From Alphaproteobacteria bacterium (lineage in GTDB: Bacteria > Pseudomonadota > Alphaproteobacteria > UBA2966), in the NCBI GenBank assembly GCA_964291395.2, contig OZ219858.1, positions 1,120,001-1,184,000 of the forward strand: a stretch of 64,000 nucleotides of DNA, in the 5' to 3' direction. Every line of letters begins with the position of its first letter. The stretch's first letter is position 1. The translations under genes were made by a program, and so were the position numbers. This document shows positions 50,107 through 61,147 of the stretch, one piece after another. The notes below the pieces were generated by a model, which ran no database searches, had not been told where the DNA came from, and saw only the letters and a program-made list of their open reading frames with translations.

Positions 50107-50886
50107 TCAATCGAGGAATTCCCGGATTGCCGCGGACGCCGCGGCCGGCTGGTCGATGTCCGCCAGATGGCCGGCATCGGAGATGGTTCTGATTCGGGTC
50201 TCGCCGCCGATGCCCGTGACAAACTTGTCCGCGTACGACCGCGGGATAACCCGGTCCCGGTCCCCCCACAGGAGGAGCGTCGGAACGCGGACCCGGTGGA
50301 GGCGCCGTGCGAGCCGGGTATCGCCAAGAGGCCAGAGAATTCGTGCCGCCGCCTCTTGCGCCCGCGACAGCGTCACGAGCCATTCGACCCGATCCCGGTT
50401 CTCCGGAACGCCGAACACGGCCCCGTAAGCGTCGGTATTGGCGCTGAGGCACTGTCCGATGTCCGGCGGCCGGACCGCGAACGGGTCGATGCCGGGGTCG
50501 TCCTCGTCGAAAAGACCGTACGGCGAAATCAGAACGAGGCGCCGCACGAGCGCCGGCCAGATCGCCGCGGCGTCCGCCGCCACGGCCCCGCCGACGGAAA
50601 TACCCACAAGGTCGGCGCCGTCGAGGCCGGCACCCACCAACAGCTCGTGAGCCACGATCATCCAATCGAGGTGGGAATCGAGGATATCGTGCCCCAGGGC
50701 ACCCGGAAATCCCGGCAACGAAGGCACGACGACCCGGCGCGTCCCGCTCAATGCCTCCATGAAGGGCGTCCAGCACGGCGCGCCGCCGATACCGGGCAAT
50801 ACGCCCAGCGGCTCCCCGGTACCCTTCTCCCAAACGCGGCAGGCGAAGCCGTTGATCTCGACCGACCGCTCTTCAGGTCCGCTCAT
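50107..50886 (-). CDS. Alpha/beta hydrolase
   Basis: PSLPGF, GISVGG, PTLLLWGDRD, AGH. Confidence 0.85.
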   Translation of the reverse strand: MSGPEERSVEINGFACRVWEKGTGEPLGVLPGIGGAPCWTPFMEALSGTRRVVVPSLPGFPGALGHDILDSHLDWMIVAHELLVGAGLDGADLVGISVGGAVAADAAAIWPALVRRLVLISPYGLFDEDDPGIDPFAVRPPDIGQCLSANTDAYGAVFGVPENRDRVEWLVTLSRAQEAAARILWPLGDTRLARRLHRVRVPTLLLWGDRDRVIPRSYADKFVTGIGGETRIRTISDAGHLADIDQPAAASAAIREFLD

Positions 50887-52127
50887 ACCGCGACCGCCTG
50901 CGGCAAGGTCCGCTCCTGCCGCGGCATGGGGTTCGGCCACCAGTGGTGTTCCCACTCGTCTTTGAACAAGCCGGCGATCTGGGGCATGACACGCTGCGCA
51001 AAGAGGCGCGTGTTGTAGTTGGCCGTATCCCGATCCATGTTGCCGAACTGCAGGAGCGTCATCAGGTTCCCGACGTTGAGATCCTTGGCGATCTCCCGAA
51101 GACGGTCGGCCACCTCGTCCGGTTCGCCCAGCACGAGATAGCCGCGCTCGACGATGTCTTCCAGCTTCGGCGCGCCCATGGTGCCGAGGGCGGCGACACC
51201 GCCGCCGGGGCGCGCGGCGGCGATTTGGCGCCGGATGGTCGACTCGGTGCGGTACCCCGGAGCGTCGGTAAACCCGGGATAGAGATGGAGGCAGTTCGCG
51301 TAGAAATACTCGGCCGGTTCGCGATAAATCCGCTCTGCTTCGGCGTGCGTCTCCGCGACTCCGACGAACTGAAGATAGCCGGAGCGGAACGGATTCTGTT
51401 CCTTTCCGCCAGCGTCGATCTCACGCTTGTAGGCACCGAGAACACCCTGGGCGGCGTCATAGCCGAAGTAAGACAGCGCGCAGAACACGTAGTCGTTGTC
51501 GACGCACCAGCGCAGGGTTTCGTTGGCGCCGCCGCCCGGAATCCAGACCGGAGGATGCGGCTTTTGAACGGGGCGGGGCCAGATATTCACGTAACGCAGC
51601 TGGTTGAAACGACCGTTGAACGAAAAGACGTCCTCCTCCCGCCATGCGCGCATGATGACGTCGTGGGCTTCGAGATAGCGCTGGCGCAACGTGCTCGGGT
51701 TCTGGCCATAGGCGAAACAGGTGTCCATCGGCGTGCCGATGGGAAAGCCCGCGATCATTCGGCCACCGGAAATGCAATCGATCATCGCCATTTCTTCGGC
51801 GACGCGAAGCGGCGGGTTGTAGAGAGCGAGAGAGTTTCCCAGGATGAGAATGGCCGCGTCCGTGGTCGCCCGCGCGAGAGCCGAACCGACCAGGTTGGGT
51901 GACGGCATGAGGCCGTATCCGTTGTTGTGGTGCTCGTTGACGCAGACACCGTCGAAGCCGACCTCGGCCGCGAACTCCAGTTCGTCGAAGAAATCGTTGT
52001 ACATCTGATGCGCGCGCTGTGGGTCGAACAGCGTGGAGTCGATATCGACCCACACGGAATGGTGGTTGTCCCGGAAATCGTCGGGCAACTCCGTATAGGG
52101 CATCAGATGAAACCAGAGGACCTTCAT
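50883..52127 (-). CDS. LLM class flavin-dependent monooxygenase
   Basis: GFDGVCVNEHH..YGLMPSPN, PLRVAEE.AMID.ISGGR, PRPVQKPHPPVW. Confidence 0.92.
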   Translation of the reverse strand: MKVLWFHLMPYTELPDDFRDNHHSVWVDIDSTLFDPQRAHQMYNDFFDELEFAAEVGFDGVCVNEHHNNGYGLMPSPNLVGSALARATTDAAILILGNSLALYNPPLRVAEEMAMIDCISGGRMIAGFPIGTPMDTCFAYGQNPSTLRQRYLEAHDVIMRAWREEDVFSFNGRFNQLRYVNIWPRPVQKPHPPVWIPGGGANETLRWCVDNDYVFCALSYFGYDAAQGVLGAYKREIDAGGKEQNPFRSGYLQFVGVAETHAEAERIYREPAEYFYANCLHLYPGFTDAPGYRTESTIRRQIAAARPGGGVAALGTMGAPKLEDIVERGYLVLGEPDEVADRLREIAKDLNVGNLMTLLQFGNMDRDTANYNTRLFAQRVMPQIAGLFKDEWEHHWWPNPMPRQERTLPQAVAV

Positions 52128-52273
52128 CGCATGAACCTCAATGCCTGCCTTCGAGGGGAGCCGAAGGATGCATTGGAAACCCCGCTCAGGCAAACCGGGG
52201 GCCGCTCGATCCCAATGAAAGCGGCGGTCCCGGCGGGACCGCCGCGATTGCAGCGATCGGGTTCAGGCCGAGA

Positions 52274-52552
52274 TCAGGCCGCGCGTTCCGTCGTCGGGTC
52301 GATCATCTTGCGGATTTCGGTCACCTTGGTGGCGGGGAAACCGCTGATCTCGGCGTGCTTGTGGATCAGCTCCTCGCTGTCGGCCAAGTAGACGCAGAAG
52401 GTCTTGTCGCCCGCTACGTAGGATTCGACCCATTGGATTCCTGGGCCGAGTTGACGCAAAACCTCGTTTGACTTCTTCGCGGCCTCCCGCAATTGCTCGC
52501 GTTCGGCGCTTCCGATCTCCGGAATGTCTCGCTCTATAATGTACCTCGGCAT
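52274..52552 (-). CDS. DUF4242 domain protein
   Basis: MPRYIIER, IQWVESYV, KTFCVY, HA..SGFPA, IDPTT. Confidence 0.85.
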   Translation of the reverse strand: MPRYIIERDIPEIGSAEREQLREAAKKSNEVLRQLGPGIQWVESYVAGDKTFCVYLADSEELIHKHAEISGFPATKVTEIRKMIDPTTERAA

Positions 52553-52778
52553 TTCGCTCCTCCCTTGATGAGCTTCCATCGTATGGCGCCTCGGCCGCCA
52601 TGTCACGGCTTCGACTCTCCGTGGTTCGGATACGCCGATCCGCGCGTGCGGGCAACGGAAATCGTCACCCGACATTAAAAAATTTTCACATTTTTCAGAA
52701 CGATTTGATAGATATGGAAAATGATTTTTCGATATCCTGAGAATTTAGAAATTCAGTTCTAATAAATGTTGAGGTCCC

Positions 52779-53237
52779 GTGGACGCTATCGACCTGAAGA
52801 TCCTCGCCTGCCTGCAGGAAGACGCGACCCTTCCCCTCGCGGATATCGCCAAGCGTGTCGGGCTCTCATCGACACCCTGCTGGAGAAGGATTCAGAAACT
52901 GGAAGAGGCTGGCGTGATCCGGAAGCGCGTGGCGCTGCTGGATGGCGCCAAATTGAATTGCGGTGTAACCGTATTCGTCTCTGTCCGGACCGACCAGCAC
53001 ACGGCGGCGTGGCTGAAGAAGTTCGCGGGCGCCGTCGCGGACTTTCCGGAAGTGGTCGAGTTCTACCGTATGAGTGGCGAGATCGACTATCTGCTGCGCG
53101 TCGTCGTACCCGACATCGCCGCCTACGATTCGTTCTACCAACGCCTCATCGAAGCGGTCGATCTGTCGGATGTCAGTTCCAGTTTCGCGATGGAGCAGAT
53201 CAAGTACACGACGTCTTTGCCCCTCGACTACGCCTGA
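52779..53237 (+). CDS. Lrp/AsnC family regulator (DecR-like)
   Basis: DAIDLKIL..LQED, GLSSTPCWRRIQKLE, YRMSGEIDYLL. Confidence 0.93.
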   Translation: MDAIDLKILACLQEDATLPLADIAKRVGLSSTPCWRRIQKLEEAGVIRKRVALLDGAKLNCGVTVFVSVRTDQHTAAWLKKFAGAVADFPEVVEFYRMSGEIDYLLRVVVPDIAAYDSFYQRLIEAVDLSDVSSSFAMEQIKYTTSLPLDYA

Positions 53238-53343
53238 GGCCGGCTTTGCCGCCCAAGCATCGACGGCCGGATTACCCTCCGGCATGCCGATACGGATCAG
53301 GTACGACCCCGCGGACCCGACCTTTCCCGGCGCAAGCCGATCC

Positions 53344-54837
53344 CTATCTCATCACCGGCATGACGTACTCGGCACCTTTGCGGATGCCCGTGGGCCAGCG
53401 CGAGGTGATGGTTTTCAGCTTGGTGTAAAACGACACGCCCTCGGGGCCGTGCATGTGCAGATCACCGAACAGGGAACGCTTCCACCCCCCGAAGCTATGG
53501 AAGGCGAGCGGCACAGGGATCGGGACGTTGACGCCGACCATGCCGATCCTGCAGTCGTTGCTGAACGTCCTCGCCGCATCTCCGTCCCGGGTGAAAATGG
53601 CGGCGCCGTTTCCGTATTCGTGCTCGTTGACGATCCTGAGCGCCGAATCGAAGTCCGGCATACGGACCACCGACAGCACGGGACCGAAGATTTCCTCCTG
53701 ATAAATGCGCATTTCCGGTGTCACGTTGTCGAATATGCTCGGTCCCATGAAGTGACCGTTCTCGTAGCCTTGCAGCGTGAAGCCGCGCCCGTCGACCACG
53801 AGGTCGGCCCCTTCCCCGACCCCCAGATCGATGTATCCCCGTACACGTTCCAGGTGCTGAGCGGTAACCAGGGGGCCCATCTCCGACTCGCTGTCCGTTC
53901 CGGGGCCCACCTTCAGGGATTGGGCGCGCGGGACGAGACGTTCCATGAGGGAATCGCCGGCATCGCCGACCGCCACGGCGACCGAAATGGCCATGCACCG
54001 TTCGCCCGCCGACCCGAACGCGGCACCCATGAGCGCGTCCGTGGCCTGATCCATGTCCGCGTCGGGCATGACCACCATGTGGTTCTTCGCCCCGCCCAGC
54101 GCCTGCACCCTTTTCCCCGAGGCCGTACCGGTTCGGTAGACGTATTCCGCAATGGGCGTGGAGCCGACAAAGCTCACCGCCGAGATGCCCGGATGGCCGA
54201 GAATGGCGTCGACGGCCTCCTTGTCTCCATGGATGACGTTGAACACCCCCGGCGGCAGTCCAGCCTCCGCAAGCAGCCCGGCCATGAAATTCGCGGCCGA
54301 CGGATCGCGCTCCGAAGGCTTCAGAACGAACGTGTTGCCGCAGGCGATGGAGACGGGGAACATCCACATGGGCACCATCGCGGGGAAATTGAACGGCGTG
54401 ATGCCGGCGCATACCCCCAGGGGCTGGCGCATGGAATACATATCGACGCCCGTCGCCACGTTGTCGGAGAACGCGCCCTTCAGCAGATGGGGAATGCCGC
54501 AGGCGAACTCGACGACCTCGAGCCCCCGGGTAATCGAACCCACGGCATCGGAGTGCACCTTGCCGTGCTCGGCGGTGATGATGCTTGCCAGGGCGTCCAT
54601 GTTGTCGTCCAGGAGGGCCTTGAACTTGAACATGATGCGGGCCCGTCGGAGCGAAGAGGTGGCGGACCATTCCGGAAAGGCTTCCGACGCGGCGGAAACC
54701 GCCGCGTCGACGTCCGCCGCCGTGGCCAAGGGCACGCTGGCCGAAAGTTCACCGGTCGCCGGATTGTCGACCTCGGCAAAGCGGTCGGCCGTCCCCTCCA
54801 CGAATTTCCCGCCCACGTAATGGCGCAATGTCTCCAT
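53344..54837 (-). CDS. mmsA: CoA-acylating methylmalonate-semialdehyde dehydrogenase
   Basis: [45 protein letters not shown]. Confidence 0.95.
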   Translation of the reverse strand: METLRHYVGGKFVEGTADRFAEVDNPATGELSASVPLATAADVDAAVSAASEAFPEWSATSSLRRARIMFKFKALLDDNMDALASIITAEHGKVHSDAVGSITRGLEVVEFACGIPHLLKGAFSDNVATGVDMYSMRQPLGVCAGITPFNFPAMVPMWMFPVSIACGNTFVLKPSERDPSAANFMAGLLAEAGLPPGVFNVIHGDKEAVDAILGHPGISAVSFVGSTPIAEYVYRTGTASGKRVQALGGAKNHMVVMPDADMDQATDALMGAAFGSAGERCMAISVAVAVGDAGDSLMERLVPRAQSLKVGPGTDSESEMGPLVTAQHLERVRGYIDLGVGEGADLVVDGRGFTLQGYENGHFMGPSIFDNVTPEMRIYQEEIFGPVLSVVRMPDFDSALRIVNEHEYGNGAAIFTRDGDAARTFSNDCRIGMVGVNVPIPVPLAFHSFGGWKRSLFGDLHMHGPEGVSFYTKLKTITSRWPTGIRKGAEYVMPVMR

Positions 54838-54872
54838 GTCTCGGCTTCCTCCCTGAAGTCTGTCCCGAATTG

Positions 54873-55991
54873 TCAGGCCGCCAACGCGTCGAGCGGCGGA
54901 ACATATTGCTCACCGGTATCACGCGCCACGGCCTCGTACGTTACCTGTCCCCGGAAGATATTGAGTCCATTGCGGAGGTGGGCGTCATCTTCCATCGCGG
55001 CCTTCACACCCTTGTCCGCCAAAGACACGACGAAGGGCAACGTGGCGTTGTTGAGGGCGAACGTGGAGGTCCGGGCCACGGCGCCGGGCATGTTGGTCAC
55101 ACAGTAGTGCACCACCTCGTGTTCAACATAGGTGGGATCCGCGTGCGTGGTCGGACGGCTCGTCTCCATGCAGCCCCCCTGATCGATTGCCACATCGACG
55201 ACTACGGAGCCGCGTTTCATCTTCCGAACCATGTCTTCCGTTACCAGTCTTGGCGCGGCGGCACCGGGAACCAGGACCGCGCCGACGACGAGGTCGGCCG
55301 CGGTCACGTGTTCTTCGATCGCGTCACGGGTGGAGTAGATGGTGTTGAGGGTCGGCCCGAATCGAAGGTCGAGGTCGTACAGCCGGGAGAGCGAGATATC
55401 GATGACGGTTACACCGGCCTCCAACCCCATGGCCATGCGGGCCGCATTGGTTCCGACGATGCCCCCGCCCAGCACGACGACCCGGCCCACGGGAACACCC
55501 GGAACGCCACTCAGAAGGGTGCCCCGCCCGCCCTGCTTCAGCTCGAGACAGTGGGCACCGGCCTGAATGGCCATGCGCCCGGCGACCTCGCTCATCGGAG
55601 CGAGCAGCGGCAAGCCGCCACGATCATCGGTGACGGTCTCGTAGGCGACGGCGATGCAACCCGTGTCCTTGAGACGGCGTGTCAATTCAGGGTCGGGAGC
55701 CAGATGGAGATAGGTGAACAGCACCTGGTTCTCCCGCAACATGGACACTTCAGGCGCCAGTGGTTCCTTGACCTTTACGACGATGTCGGCACGAGCGAAT
55801 ACCTCCTCCGCGCTGTCCAGGACAGTGGCGCCGGCGGACTCGTAAGCGCCGTCCTCGAGGCCAATCTCCTTTCCGCAACCCTTCTGGATGACGACCTCGT
55901 GCCCATGGAGCACCAGTTCCCGCGCGGAGGCCGGGGTCATCCCGACCCGGTATTCATGCGTCTTGGTCTCTTTTGGAATACCGATTCGCAC
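54873..55991 (-). CDS. ald: Alanine dehydrogenase
   Basis: IGIPKE...[36 protein letters not shown]. Confidence 0.96.
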   Translation of the reverse strand: MRIGIPKETKTHEYRVGMTPASARELVLHGHEVVIQKGCGKEIGLEDGAYESAGATVLDSAEEVFARADIVVKVKEPLAPEVSMLRENQVLFTYLHLAPDPELTRRLKDTGCIAVAYETVTDDRGGLPLLAPMSEVAGRMAIQAGAHCLELKQGGRGTLLSGVPGVPVGRVVVLGGGIVGTNAARMAMGLEAGVTVIDISLSRLYDLDLRFGPTLNTIYSTRDAIEEHVTAADLVVGAVLVPGAAAPRLVTEDMVRKMKRGSVVVDVAIDQGGCMETSRPTTHADPTYVEHEVVHYCVTNMPGAVARTSTFALNNATLPFVVSLADKGVKAAMEDDAHLRNGLNIFRGQVTYEAVARDTGEQYVPPLDALAA

Positions 55992-56442
55992 TTCGTCCCT
56001 CCGGTCTCCGGCGCAGCCCTAAATTCCCTGCCGCGACGAACCCGATCCGATCCTTCAATCGCGCTCCCCACGGTATCGACGATCCCGCTGGTCGTGACTT
56101 GCGTGATACTCGCTGGCCGGCGTCGGGCTCTATCGACCCGGCTACCGTAGCCAATTGGCTTCCCGATTGTATAGTGACTCGCTCGCCGAAAGACGGTCGC
56201 AAGTCATTCCGGTTTCATCAAAGATATCAACGAGATAGTTTCCAGAGACGCGTCAGGCTCACGATCGTCGGGACGGCTTCCGAGGGAGGCGCGGCCGACA
56301 ACGCGGCGCTCGACCTTTCGCGGGCCTCGGCGGAGCGTGTCGATGAGTGCCCCGATGACACCGTGCATTCGCGTTTGCTAGGATTCTCTCGGGTATTGGG
56401 AGGGGCACGAAATCCGGCACCAACAACCCGAAGGGGCGGATC

Positions 56443-57834
56443 ATGACCGTTCATGATATTCCCGAGGCACGCCAGAGATCGTACGACATCAAAGCGCCCT
56501 ACTCCGGTTACTGCCTCGGCAAGCTGCCCTCCGAGGATGCCGAGATTACTCATGTCGGGCCCGATACGCCCTGCGGCGAGTACATGCGGCGTTTCTGGCA
56601 GCCGGTCTGCCTCTCCAAGGAGCTCGGCCAATACCCGTTGGTCATCCGCATCATGGGCGAAGACCTCGTCGCCTTCCGCGACAAGTCCGGCAGGGTCGGC
56701 GTCCTGCACCGCCACTGCACCCATCGTGGCACCTCGCTCGAATACGGATTGATCTCAAAGCACGGGATCCGCTGCTGTTATCACGGCTGGCAGTTCGACG
56801 TCGACGGCACCATCCTCGACACGCCCGGAGAGCCCAGTGGCTCCCGCATCCATCTAAGCCTCAAGCAGGGTGCCTACCCGGCCCATGAGCATTGGGGTCT
56901 GGTCTTTGCCTACATGGGGCCGCCCGAGGAGAAACCCGACTTCCCGGGGTTCGAGGATTACGGCACGCCCGAGGAAGGGATAGTCCCCTACTCCACCTGG
57001 CATCCCTGCAACTGGCTGCAATGCCACGACAATTTCATGGATCCGGTGCACGCGGTGTTCCTGCACAGCCGCATGACGGGCGATCAGCTCACGCCCGCTT
57101 GGGGCAGGATGCCCGTGGTCGAGTGGTACGAGACTGGCGGTGGCAACGGCATCATCTACGTCGCCACCCGGCGCATGGACGACCAATACGTGTGGAACCG
57201 CATCAACCACGTGATCCTGCCCAACTATTGCGAGGTCGGCACCGCCTTCGAGGAAGGTGACGAGCAGAAATACTTCCAGCGCAACACATGGAACCGTTGG
57301 CTGGTGCCCGTCGACGACACCCATAGCTGGACCTTCGGCTGGCGTCATTTCCGGCCCGGCGTCGACGATGGCAAGGGAGACCCCGAGGCTTGCGGCCGTG
57401 ACAGTATCGACATCGGTGCCCACCAGCATCACGGCGGACGCACCTACGAGGAACGGCAGCGCGCTCCCGGCGACTGGGACGCCCAAACCGGTCAGCGGCC
57501 CATTGCCATCCACGCCCTGGAGCATCCCGGCTGGACCGATACCGGAGTCATGATGTGGCGGCGCCTCTTGCGTCGGGGCATCCGCGGAGAGACGCCCTCG
57601 GCGACACCGGAAGGCATCTACGGCCCTCCGGGACGGAAGGTCGGATCACTGGCTCACGACTGCATCTTCAAGATGCCGCTTCGCCATGGTGTCGACGACA
57701 ACGAGGCCATGCGTGACATGGGCCGCCGGGTAACCGACATCGTCATGGCCGCCGAGGACCTGCCTCACGACGAGCAGCAGGCCATGGTCATCCCACGGCT
57801 CGAGGAACTCCAGCGCCAGATTTTCAGGGAGTAG
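56443..57834 (+). CDS. Rieske non-heme iron oxygenase alpha subunit (phthalate dioxygenase/LigX-like)
   Basis: HCTHRG...CCYHGW; NWLQ..DNFMDPVHAVFLH mononuclear Fe site. Confidence 0.9.
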   Translation: MTVHDIPEARQRSYDIKAPYSGYCLGKLPSEDAEITHVGPDTPCGEYMRRFWQPVCLSKELGQYPLVIRIMGEDLVAFRDKSGRVGVLHRHCTHRGTSLEYGLISKHGIRCCYHGWQFDVDGTILDTPGEPSGSRIHLSLKQGAYPAHEHWGLVFAYMGPPEEKPDFPGFEDYGTPEEGIVPYSTWHPCNWLQCHDNFMDPVHAVFLHSRMTGDQLTPAWGRMPVVEWYETGGGNGIIYVATRRMDDQYVWNRINHVILPNYCEVGTAFEEGDEQKYFQRNTWNRWLVPVDDTHSWTFGWRHFRPGVDDGKGDPEACGRDSIDIGAHQHHGGRTYEERQRAPGDWDAQTGQRPIAIHALEHPGWTDTGVMMWRRLLRRGIRGETPSATPEGIYGPPGRKVGSLAHDCIFKMPLRHGVDDNEAMRDMGRRVTDIVMAAEDLPHDEQQAMVIPRLEELQRQIFRE

Positions 57835-57888
57835 CTTGCCCCATACCCGCTCGCGCACGCTCCGCCGTCGATCATGCGTGGCACATCG

Positions 57889-57918
57889 AAAAAAGCCCCG
57901 CGGCGATGCGCGGGGCTT
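57889..57918 (-). terminator. Rho-independent terminator (U tract on minus strand, may be bidirectional)
   Basis: AAAAAA GCCCCGCG gcgatg CGCGGGGC TT. Confidence 0.75.
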
Positions 57919-58009
57919 ACGTCTCTAACCAATTCGCTATGGGAAAAGCGCCATCGAACCGATGTATTCCCGTCCCCGGAAATTCGGTTCACTCAATTGT
58001 CGATTCAGA

Positions 58010-58201
58010 TCACTTGGCTGGAACTTGCGGCATGAAGCCGAATTCCGTTGCCGCCCAACTGATCACGGCGAGTATGCCCAGGATGACCACGAGCCATATC
58101 ACGGACGACTTCAAGGACGTCATGATGCTGTGTTTTCCTGAACTTTCGCCGTCAGGCACACCTCGGATATTGGTGTCCGCCTCTTCGTTCGGCACCGACA
58201 T
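58010..58201 (-). CDS. Small single-TM protein (63 aa)
   Basis: AAAGGAG RBS, one hydrophobic helix, downstream terminator on the same strand. Confidence 0.65.
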   Translation of the reverse strand: MSVPNEEADTNIRGVPDGESSGKHSIMTSLKSSVIWLVVILGILAVISWAATEFGFMPQVPAK

Positions 58202-58452
58202 GGAAGTACTCCTTTCCAGAAAGAAAGGCCCGACGGTTCCTCACGCAAGGTTGCTGACGCCAGCAGAGTGAGGGTCCGTCGGGCCGATTTCAGCGTAGAC
58301 CCGTTCTGCCGGCTTGGCCATCTGAAAGACGCCGTGGCGAGACCTGAATTCCCGGGTGTTCGCGCCGGAGAAGCGGGCGAGACAAGCGAGTCACTCGATT
58401 TCCGCGCGCGGCACTCGACAATGGCGAGCGGGCGCTATACGGAAGGAGCCCG

Positions 58453-59355
58453 ATGGAAACAGCGCACCGCACGCCGGAAGAGAGATTCGCGCACCTGCCG
58501 GGCTATCCTTACGCGCCCAACTACGTCGACAGACTCCCGGGATACGAAGGCCTTCGCGCCCACTATGTCGACGAGGGTCCGTCGGACGCGCGACACGTTT
58601 TTCTGTGTCTGCACGGCGAACCGACCTGGGCCTACCTTTACCGCCGGATGATCCCCGAGTTTCTCACATCGGGAGGGAGGGTGATCGCGCCGGACTACTT
58701 AGGCTTCGGGCGCTCGGACAAGCCGGCCGATGAAGGTGTCTACACGTTCGAATTCCACCGCCGGTTTCTGATCGCGTTCATCGAATATCTGGATCTGCGG
58801 GGCCTTACGCTCGTCTGCCAGGACTGGGGCGGGTTGCTGGGGTTGACACTGCCCATGGAACTTCCGGATCGATTCGACCGCCTCATCGTGATGAACACGA
58901 TGCTGGGAACCGGCGACGGCCCCCTGAGCGAGGGATTCCTCGGTTGGCGGCAGTGGGTTCGGGACAACCCGGACCTGGCGGTCGGCCGCCTGCTCAAGCG
59001 TGCCTGTCCGCACCTGACCGATGACGAAGCGGCCGCCTATGAGGCGCCTTTCCCCGACTCGCGATACATGGCGGGGGTTCGACGGTTTCCGGAGCTGGTC
59101 CCCGACAGACCTGATGCCGAGGGCGCCGCCGTCTCGCGCCGCGCCCGCGGCTGGTGGCAAGAGGAATGGCGGGGCCAGTCGTTCATGGCCATCGGAATGT
59201 CGGATCCGGTCCTGGGAGGCCAGGTCATGCTCGGACTGCACCGCCACATCCGGAATTGCCCTCCGCCCTACGAGATGAGCGACGGCGGCCACTTCCTGCA
59301 GGAGTGGGGGGATGTCGTGGCCCGCGAGGCATTGGCGCAATTCGCGCGCGGGTGA
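58453..59355 (+). CDS. Haloalkane dehalogenase (HLD-I type)
   Basis: HYVDEG, LHGEPTWAYLYR, GFGRSDKP, QDWGG, YEAPFP, GHFLQE. Confidence 0.9.
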   Translation: METAHRTPEERFAHLPGYPYAPNYVDRLPGYEGLRAHYVDEGPSDARHVFLCLHGEPTWAYLYRRMIPEFLTSGGRVIAPDYLGFGRSDKPADEGVYTFEFHRRFLIAFIEYLDLRGLTLVCQDWGGLLGLTLPMELPDRFDRLIVMNTMLGTGDGPLSEGFLGWRQWVRDNPDLAVGRLLKRACPHLTDDEAAAYEAPFPDSRYMAGVRRFPELVPDRPDAEGAAVSRRARGWWQEEWRGQSFMAIGMSDPVLGGQVMLGLHRHIRNCPPPYEMSDGGHFLQEWGDVVAREALAQFARG

Positions 59356-60332
59356 CGTCCGCATCGAGCCAAACAACGTCTCTCGTGAGTCAAGGTACCT
59401 CCAACCACTCAGCGCCGGACCCGGGCGGCGACCACGTGCTGCGCGGCATCGTGTTCATGCTGCTCGCGGTCACGCTGTTCTCCTGCCTCAACGCGTCCGT
59501 GAAATTCCTGTCGGACGACTATTCGACCACGCAGATCCTGTGGCTGCGGTACACGGGTCACATCATTTATGTCTTCATACTCTTGGCGCCTCGCCGTGCC
59601 CTGGGTGCAGTGCGGTCGAACCGGCCCGGCCTCCAACTCTCGCGCTCCGTTCTCATGATCGGCGCCACGGTCAGTTACTACATCGCGCTGCGGTACGTGG
59701 CGTTGCCGACGGCCGCATCCATCAACTTCACGTCGCCTCTGATGGTGGCTCTCCTCGCGATCCCGCTTCTGGGCGAGCGTGTGGGACCGCGTCGGTGGCT
59801 CGCCGTATTGACGGGGTTCGTCGGCGCTCTCGTCATTGTCCGGCCGGGCTCCGATGTCATACACCCGGCGGCGTTGCTGGTGTTCGGGACGGCATTCTGT
59901 TACGGGCTCTATCAGGTTCTGACGCGGAAGGTCGCGCCGTACGATTCGTCGGAGACCAGCATCATCTATACGGCGCTGCTCGGGTTCGTCGTAACCAGCA
60001 TCGTCGTGCCCTTCGACTTCGAGCCGCCGCGCGACTGGGTGGATCTTCTCGCGTTCTTCGCTCCCGGGTTCTTCGGCGGACTCGGCCATTTCTGCCTCGT
60101 CAAAGCCTATGAAAACGGTCCGGCTTCCGTGATCTCGCCATACAACTACACGCAACTCGTCGGGTCGGTCACCCTGAGCGTCGTCGTCTTCAACGAATTT
60201 CCCGACTTCTGGACCTGGGTGGGGTGCGGCATCATCATCGCCAGCGGTCTTTATCTCATGCATAGAGAAAGCCTGGCACAACGGTCACGGGACGCGGCGA
60301 CGGCAAAGACCCGAGCGGACGGCAATCGATGA
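59352..60332 (+). CDS. DMT/EamA family transporter
   Basis: About 10 TM helices; FTSPL, LLGERVG..RW, GFVGALVIVRPG. Confidence 0.9.
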   Translation: MTSASSQTTSLVSQGTSNHSAPDPGGDHVLRGIVFMLLAVTLFSCLNASVKFLSDDYSTTQILWLRYTGHIIYVFILLAPRRALGAVRSNRPGLQLSRSVLMIGATVSYYIALRYVALPTAASINFTSPLMVALLAIPLLGERVGPRRWLAVLTGFVGALVIVRPGSDVIHPAALLVFGTAFCYGLYQVLTRKVAPYDSSETSIIYTALLGFVVTSIVVPFDFEPPRDWVDLLAFFAPGFFGGLGHFCLVKAYENGPASVISPYNYTQLVGSVTLSVVVFNEFPDFWTWVGCGIIIASGLYLMHRESLAQRSRDAATAKTRADGNR

Positions 60333-60742
60333 GCGTGGACATACCCGACGGGTACGAACCGGAGCCCGGAGACAACGCCTTCGCCACGCTGGTGGGACCC
60401 ATCTTCCAGAAGACGGACGAACACGGGGTGCGGTTTCTGTTCAACGCCGGGGAAAAGCATCGAAATCCGCGAGGCGTCGTTCATGGGGGCATGCTCGTGA
60501 CGTTCATGGACAACCTGCTGGCCCACACGATCGTCCACGTGATCGGCGATGTCAGGAAGGCGACGATGAGCCTCTCCTGCGATTTCGTCGGTCCGGCCTA
60601 TCCGGGCCAGCGGATGGAAGGTTGGGGTGAGGTGACCCGCGCAACGCGGAGCGTGGTCTTCGCACGAGGCTCGATTACGGCCGACGGGGCGACGGTCGTC
60701 ACCGGCTCCGGAGTCTGGAAACTGCTCGGCAATGCCGGATGA
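60329..60742 (+). CDS. PaaI family thioesterase
   Basis: HRNPRGVVHGGMLVTFMD. Confidence 0.9.
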   Translation: MSVDIPDGYEPEPGDNAFATLVGPIFQKTDEHGVRFLFNAGEKHRNPRGVVHGGMLVTFMDNLLAHTIVHVIGDVRKATMSLSCDFVGPAYPGQRMEGWGEVTRATRSVVFARGSITADGATVVTGSGVWKLLGNAG

Positions 60743-61147
60743 ATCCGGAATTTTCGGAATGGGCTCGAAGGAGTCTCAGAAAAAAATTGAACGTTGTTCA
60801 TTAAAACGGAATGGAATTCATATTCCAAGGCCGTGTGATGATCTCGATCGGGACCGCCGGTCCACCATCCATGAAAAACGTGGCGTCTTCACTCGGTGCG
60901 CTGTCGAGTTCGAAGCCGGCCTTGCGCGACCCCCAAGCTCACGAAATAATTGAGTCGCCTGTATTTTGAGCATGACACTCCTGTAGTACACAATATAGTG
61001 TGCTTCGCCACGCGGATTTCGATGCCGGGTCGGCGAGGGAACCATATTGACGTAGTGGCGGTCAGTATATTGAACATCGATCAGAAATTTTCCTGATCGT
61101 GTCATCGACCCGGTGAACCCATCCGCCGTCCGGCCGCCACACCAACG

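Noticed and set aside
53074-55107. 677-aa + strand ORF
   Set aside because: Antisense shadow of mmsA/ald caused by high GC3.
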